From positions 1-32,606 of the forward strand of contig JAQGDQ010001610.1 of assembly GCA_030141605.1 (NCBI GenBank): 32,606 nt of DNA, given 5' to 3'. The DNA is from Tubiluchus corallicola (lineage: Eukaryota > Animalia > Priapulida). Positions 31,201-32,606 of the stretch are shown here, piece after piece; position 1 is the first letter of the stretch, and every line of letters begins with the position of its first letter. The translations under genes and the position numbers were made by a program. Under the pieces are notes generated by a model. That model was not told where the DNA came from and ran no database searches. It worked only from the letters and a program-made list of their open reading frames with translations.

Positions 31201-32018
31201 GCTCACTCTTGAGTCGTATACGGAAAAGAGTATCTGTAGTCTTGTAGGTCTGTAGGTCTTGTAAGCGTGCTTAAGCATGAATTGAAGTTGAAGTTTGTTT
31301 TATTATTATCACATTCAGTACAATATAATGACGTGTAATACATGGTATCATCAAAATTATTACACAATACTGCAATAAATGATTATGTTTCATACACTAT
31401 CGTTATCATAAAAGAATAATTGTACTGCAGTGGGCTAGAGAAGCAAAGGCTTGTATAAGCCCACAGTCATGTGAACTCGATAAAAAAAAGAATGGATGAG
31501 TGAACAAAAAAAGAACAGTGAGAAAGGTTAGATCACACGGGACCGGAAGAAGGATGTGTTAGTGGAAATAGCAGGAAGAAAGATAGAAAGACAATTCCAC
31601 TGAAATTGCCAAAACATGACTGGAAAAGTGTTGAACTGAGTGGAGTTGGTGATCACAGGAAAATATGTGAACTTGTGATTCCTATAACAGCTTTATATAG
31701 GAACATGTGACAATAAATTTCTTTACATCCACATATTACAGAATTTATAGAAAGACTTCTTTACTCTAGTAGTGGGATGTAACTGGGTTTCTTATCGACA
31801 AGATAACTTTATGACTTAACCTGATTGGTACAAAGCCTTTGCTTATGAGTGAATGAGTGAGTGATGGTTTTCCTTATTTAGGTCTTGCAGGAGGCAGTGA
31901 CAATGCTGCTTGCGTTGACGACAGTAGCAAATTAGAACAGGAATTGATTGATTTGAGAACTTTATTGGATGCCCGGCAACGTGAGCTCGCAGAGAAGAAT
32001 ACCCTGATTGAAAAGATG
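6929..32018 (+). CDS. USO1: General vesicular transport factor p115 (USO1), spliced model of 17 coding exons, 762 codons, 3'-incomplete
   Basis: join(6929-7006,12211-12297,12712-12856,13476-13644,15569-15665,17065-17185,18207-18391,18583-18723,20343-20431,21619-21773,23592-23797,25147-25257,26372-26493,27190-27371,29635-29756,30423-30561,31882-32018). All introns are GT..AG and all phases fit. Hallmark p115 motifs: TLLDDRRDAVRALKSLSK, IQKIVAFENAFDRL, GWSAQKVTN, TQKEQLLRVQLATS. Confidence 0.96.
7021..9545 (-). mobile_element. 5'-truncated non-LTR retrotransposon (CR1/L2-group LINE), antisense in USO1 intron 1
   Basis: Two consecutive RT ORFs, then an AT-rich 3'UTR with a stem-loop (cagggcagg/cctgccctg, 7104-7146), AATAAA and a short (CTATGT)n tail at about 7021-7044. 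No endonuclease domain present. Confidence 0.93.
7514..9530 (-). pseudogene. LINE ORF2 reverse transcriptase, one frameshift, endonuclease missing
   Basis: KPWIT, KSPGP, AKVIPLYK, NYRPISL, QFGFRK, FLDLSKAFDTV, GVSQGSNLGPLLFLIYINDL, FADDT, KYLGV, LWNSLP. ORFs 8298..9530 and 7514..8290 join (LQKSVNDEMKKIDLW) if one base is removed from the T6 run at 8306-8311. Confidence 0.92.
10209..10577. mobile_element. MITE-like element, family A copy 1
   Basis: Ends cagggatgagaat / attctcttcccag (imperfect inverted repeat), flanked by gaaatt on both sides. About 270 bp closely match 29848-30150. Confidence 0.8.
11825..12022. repeat. Diverged copy of the family A internal segment
   Basis: gctagttggc.ggccgtcactttgtttac, gagttatttgagtc and tttttatatacttt are shared with 10325-10457 and 29979-30111. 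Confidence 0.7.
12211..12297 (+). CDS. USO1: USO1 coding exon 2
   Basis: cttgcag|IEKLVERVQTATLLDDRRDAVRALKSLSK|gtttgt. Confidence 0.96.
12712..12856 (+). CDS. USO1: USO1 coding exon 3 (alternative in-phase donor after 12850)
   Basis: ttacag|KFKLEVGAQAMDTMLSVIEKDRADPETVGYAVDTLYNVLSPETDGDGI|gtatgt. Confidence 0.9.
13064..13345 (-). mobile_element. tRNA-derived SINE with (ATT)n tail
   Basis: Minus strand: A box TAGTCTAGTGG, B box GAGTTCGAACT, then GGGTCGTACCAAAGACTTTAAAAATGGTACC (a conserved-core-like segment), then AATAAA and about 10 ATT repeats at 13064-13093. Confidence 0.75.
13476..13644 (+). CDS. USO1: USO1 coding exon 4
   Basis: tttcag|EKDPGDNAELIELANQFTEIFIKKPENVLLILDLLDEYDFHLRWPTVKLMTALLTN(R)|gtgagc. 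Confidence 0.95.
14057..15430. mobile_element. Inverted-repeat-bounded element (MITE or Helentron-associated-like) enclosing the 61-bp array
   Basis: aagtttataatttctca (14057-14073) vs tgaggaattgtaaactt (15414-15430): 15/17 reverse-complement match, closely flanking the array. Confidence 0.55.
14107..15389. repeat. 61-bp tandem satellite, 21 copies, with a 3-unit (183-bp) higher-order pattern
   Basis: Unit gcaatcctagctctaatagtatcctgaaccgtaaccccaatcttaacccatatcctaatct. The variants ccccagtc and cctgatc recur every third copy. Confidence 0.97.
15569..15665 (+). CDS. USO1: USO1 coding exon 5
   Basis: ttgtag|(R)AKETQEIVISSPMAVSKLMDLLSDSREVIRND|gtaagt. Confidence 0.96.
15732..16145 (+). mobile_element. 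5'-truncated, internally deleted RTE-clade LINE with 15-bp TSD
   Basis: LKGKVYKEVVRPALICGLE..., EMRMLRWMVGITRRDKIRN, RLRWYGHLKRR and WRR..HNGDP motifs; (GAA)n tail. TSD gttcaatagcatatt at 15717-15731 and 16146-16160. Confidence 0.92.
16602..16742. repeat. Dispersed repeat, diverged partner at about 26845-26995
   Basis: Shared blocks aaaatggct, gagtttaaattta, gttttatacagcgt.actgc, aaaattttaa.acgaattttt.aag and tttatgaag. Confidence 0.6.
17065..17185 (+). CDS. USO1: USO1 coding exon 6
   Basis: ttttcag|ALLLLQRLTKAHANIQKIVAFENAFDRLLVIISEEGNSDG(G)|gtaaga. Confidence 0.97.
17510..17650 (-). mobile_element. LINE 3'-end remnant
   Basis: Minus-strand AATAAA plus (ATTGA)n tail. Stem-loop at 17604-17646 (aagggcagcgaagaacc...tctagtc...ccctt) resembles the one at 7104-7146. 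Confidence 0.55.
18207..18391 (+). CDS. USO1: USO1 coding exon 7
   Basis: gcacag|(G)IVVEDCLLLLLNLLKHNSSNQNFFKEGSFIQRMTPFFELDSDESTAGWSAQKVTNVHLMLQ|gtaaag. Confidence 0.97.
18583..18723 (+). CDS. USO1: USO1 coding exon 8
   Basis: ttgaag|VVRTLVSPTNSMQILTSCQKVMYQCGLLKQLCSILMATGVPADILTE|gtatta. Confidence 0.95.
18797..19417 (+). mobile_element. Non-autonomous Helitron
   Basis: Starts in a TATATATATAAG tract. Ends with hairpin cgcaaaa-tt-ttttgcg (19389-19404), then CTAG at 19414-19417 followed by T, the canonical Helitron 3' structure. No TIR or TSD. 5' boundary approximate. Confidence 0.7.
19817..20198 (+). mobile_element. LINE 3'UTR remnant ending in a (TTGA)n microsatellite
   Basis: aataaa followed by about 15 TTGA units (20140-20198). 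19817-19930 matches the sequence attached to the RT fragment at 515-628. Confidence 0.7.
20343..20431 (+). CDS. USO1: USO1 coding exon 9
   Basis: ctctag|TINTVSEVVRGNQQNQEYFASVMAPSSPP(R)|gtatgg. Confidence 0.96.
21619..21773 (+). CDS. USO1: USO1 coding exon 10
   Basis: ttttag|(R)PAIVVLLMSMVNEKQPFILRCAVLYCFQSFLYKNELGQRQIVSTLLPQTAD|gtaagc. Confidence 0.97.
22155..22210. repeat. (TA)n microsatellite
   Basis: Visible directly; follows aataaagattat, so it may be a retroposon tail. Confidence 0.9.
22457..23008 (-). mobile_element. Full-length 5S-rRNA-derived SINE (SINE3), 552 bp, with 10-bp TSD
   Basis: 120-nt 5S-like head (23008 down to 22889), about 430-nt GC-rich body, (CAA)n tail. TSD tcttctaata at 22447-22456 and 23009-23018. 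Confidence 0.88.
22889..23008 (-). pseudogene. 5S rRNA-like sequence (SINE head; probably not a functional 5S gene)
   Basis: CCTACGGCCATATCACGTTGAAAACACCGG...CACCGAAGTTAAGCAACGT...GGTTAGTAGTTCGATGGGTGAC...GGAATACCAGGTGCTGTAGGCTT: full invertebrate-type 5S length, several substitutions, no oligo-T terminator after it. Confidence 0.85.
23592..23797 (+). CDS. USO1: USO1 coding exon 11
   Basis: cttatag|(V)STITAGQLLCGGMFSPDSLSNWFAAVALSHALTENPTQKEQLLRVQLATSLGNPPVSLLQQCTNMLSQ|gtgatt. Confidence 0.97.
24202..25126. repeat. Complex minisatellite of 15/23-bp units (tactaatgtacaaca / tactaatgtacaaatgtacaaca) with a 168-bp higher-order period
   Basis: The variant ctaatatacaaatg recurs with its atatac at 24561, 24717, 24885 and 25053 (spacing 156, 168, 168). 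Confidence 0.95.
25147..25257 (+). CDS. USO1: USO1 coding exon 12
   Basis: ttctag|GGKLQNRLGLLILLSTWLVGCPIAVTHFLHNPANVPF|gtatcctt. Confidence 0.96.
25258..26371 (+). other. U12-type (minor spliceosome) GT-AG intron of USO1
   Basis: 5'ss GTATCCTT; branch site TTTCCTTAAC at 26349-26358, ending 13 nt before the intron end (AG at 26370-26371); no polypyrimidine tract; flanking exons join in frame (NVPF|LTSQI). Confidence 0.93.
25509..26233. mobile_element. Degenerate TTAA-flanked DNA transposon remnant (Kolobok- or piggyBac-like) inside the U12 intron
   Basis: ttaagtcggcatagctaaagctac vs gtagctctgactatgtccttaa (imperfect inverted repeat). The left end also resembles 9960-10030. Confidence 0.45.
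26372..26493 (+). CDS. USO1: USO1 coding exon 13
   Basis: acttag|LTSQIALQGDDDNEHLVHGLCAFLLAVCVQYNDESVADFT(K)|gttggt. Confidence 0.93.
27190..27371 (+). CDS. USO1: USO1 coding exon 14
   Basis: caccag|(K)EQLRQIIAKRISLEVFVDKLNCISKNESYTRAAQKPQMKVRQPNEVLFDYEFTRLFKAQE(G)|gtgtgt. Confidence 0.95.
28507..28965. repeat. 24-bp tandem minisatellite, about 19 copies
   Basis: Unit ttcaaatgaagcccagatcaagtg, nearly invariant; one single-base deletion near 28770. Confidence 0.97.
29635..29756 (+). CDS. USO1: USO1 coding exon 15
   Basis: atgcag|(G)IVIRAVHGDTVVVNGEAKLERSSPVDDSVIARYKDLIRDQ|gtgaaa; the YK.+IR+Q motif precedes the coiled coil. Confidence 0.93.
29848..30321. mobile_element. MITE-like element, family A copy 2
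   Basis: cagggatgagaattttccgcggata ... tccgtggatc...attctcatcc (inverted ends); near-identical 5' portion to 10209-10490. Confidence 0.8.
30423..30561 (+). CDS. USO1: USO1 coding exon 16 (coiled coil)
   Basis: gtttag|DTRINEVTEQKDELNAQLQRANKQSEDLAAHVQQLKDQNALLKAQK(G)|gtaagc. Confidence 0.93.
31882..32018 (+). CDS. USO1: USO1 coding exon 17 (alternative in-phase acceptor at 31891)
   Basis: atttag|(G)LAGGSDNAACVDDSSKLEQELIDLRTLLDARQRELAEKNTLIEKM|gtgagt. Confidence 0.88.
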
Positions 32019-32233
32019 GTGAGTTTTTATCTATCCTTCGTTGATACGTGTTGCACTCGCATCCTAATTATGACCAAGGATGCAAACACGATGAAAGTTG
32101 TGTGAATTTGGACCTATTATCAGCGCTGGTAGTATAAGTGCCGAAAACAAGCGTTCGTCCTGTCTGTACTCTAAGATGTCTACTGGATTCAGTGACTCGG
32201 ATGATTATGCTTGATAATTAAACTCAAATGACA

Positions 32234-32606
32234 TCAACAGCACACGCAAACAACAAAAAGAGACAAACAACTGCAATTCATACAATCAATAACAGCACAC
32301 ACAAACAACTGCAAATCATATAATCAACAACAGCACACACACACAACAAAAAGAGACAAACAACTGCAAATCATACAATCAACAACAGCACACGCAAACA
32401 ACAAAAAGAGACAAACAACTGCAAATCATACAATCAACAACAGCACACGCAAACAACAAAAAGAGACGAACAACTGCAAATCATACAATCAACAACAGCA
32501 CACGCAAACAACAAAAAGAGACGAACAACTGCAAATCATACAATCAACAACAGCACACACAAACAACAAAAAGAGACAAACAACTGCAAATCATACAATC
32601 AAAACA
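32234..32606. repeat. 55-bp A/C-rich tandem minisatellite, about 6.5 copies, reaching the window end
   Basis: aactgcaaatcatacaatc... starts at 32362, 32417, 32472, 32527 and 32582. Confidence 0.93.

Overview
AT-rich, intron-rich animal (probably invertebrate) genomic DNA; nothing in it looks prokaryotic. Most of the window (6929 to beyond 32606, + strand) is the USO1/p115 vesicle-tethering gene. I could rebuild 17 phase-compatible coding exons (762 codons; the C-terminus lies outside the window). One intron (25258-26371) has complete U12-type (minor spliceosome) signals. Upstream on the same strand are the last two coding exons of a twin-CX9C CHCHD7/COX23 gene that the ORF track misses. The rest is repeats: a young 5'-truncated CR1/L2-group LINE antisense in USO1 intron 1, other LINE and RTE remnants, a full-length 5S-rRNA-derived SINE with a 10-bp TSD, a tRNA-derived SINE, a non-autonomous Helitron, several MITE-like elements, five minisatellites (84, 61, about 15/23, 24 and 55 bp units) and an inverted repeat with arms of about 520 bp at the left edge. 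I found no convincing new multi-gene system. The most interesting features are non-coding: the U12 intron, an ACTAAT (branch-point/QKI-like) array running into a 3' splice site, the 5S SINE, and a higher-order satellite held inside inverted repeats. All homology calls are from remembered family sequences, not database searches.
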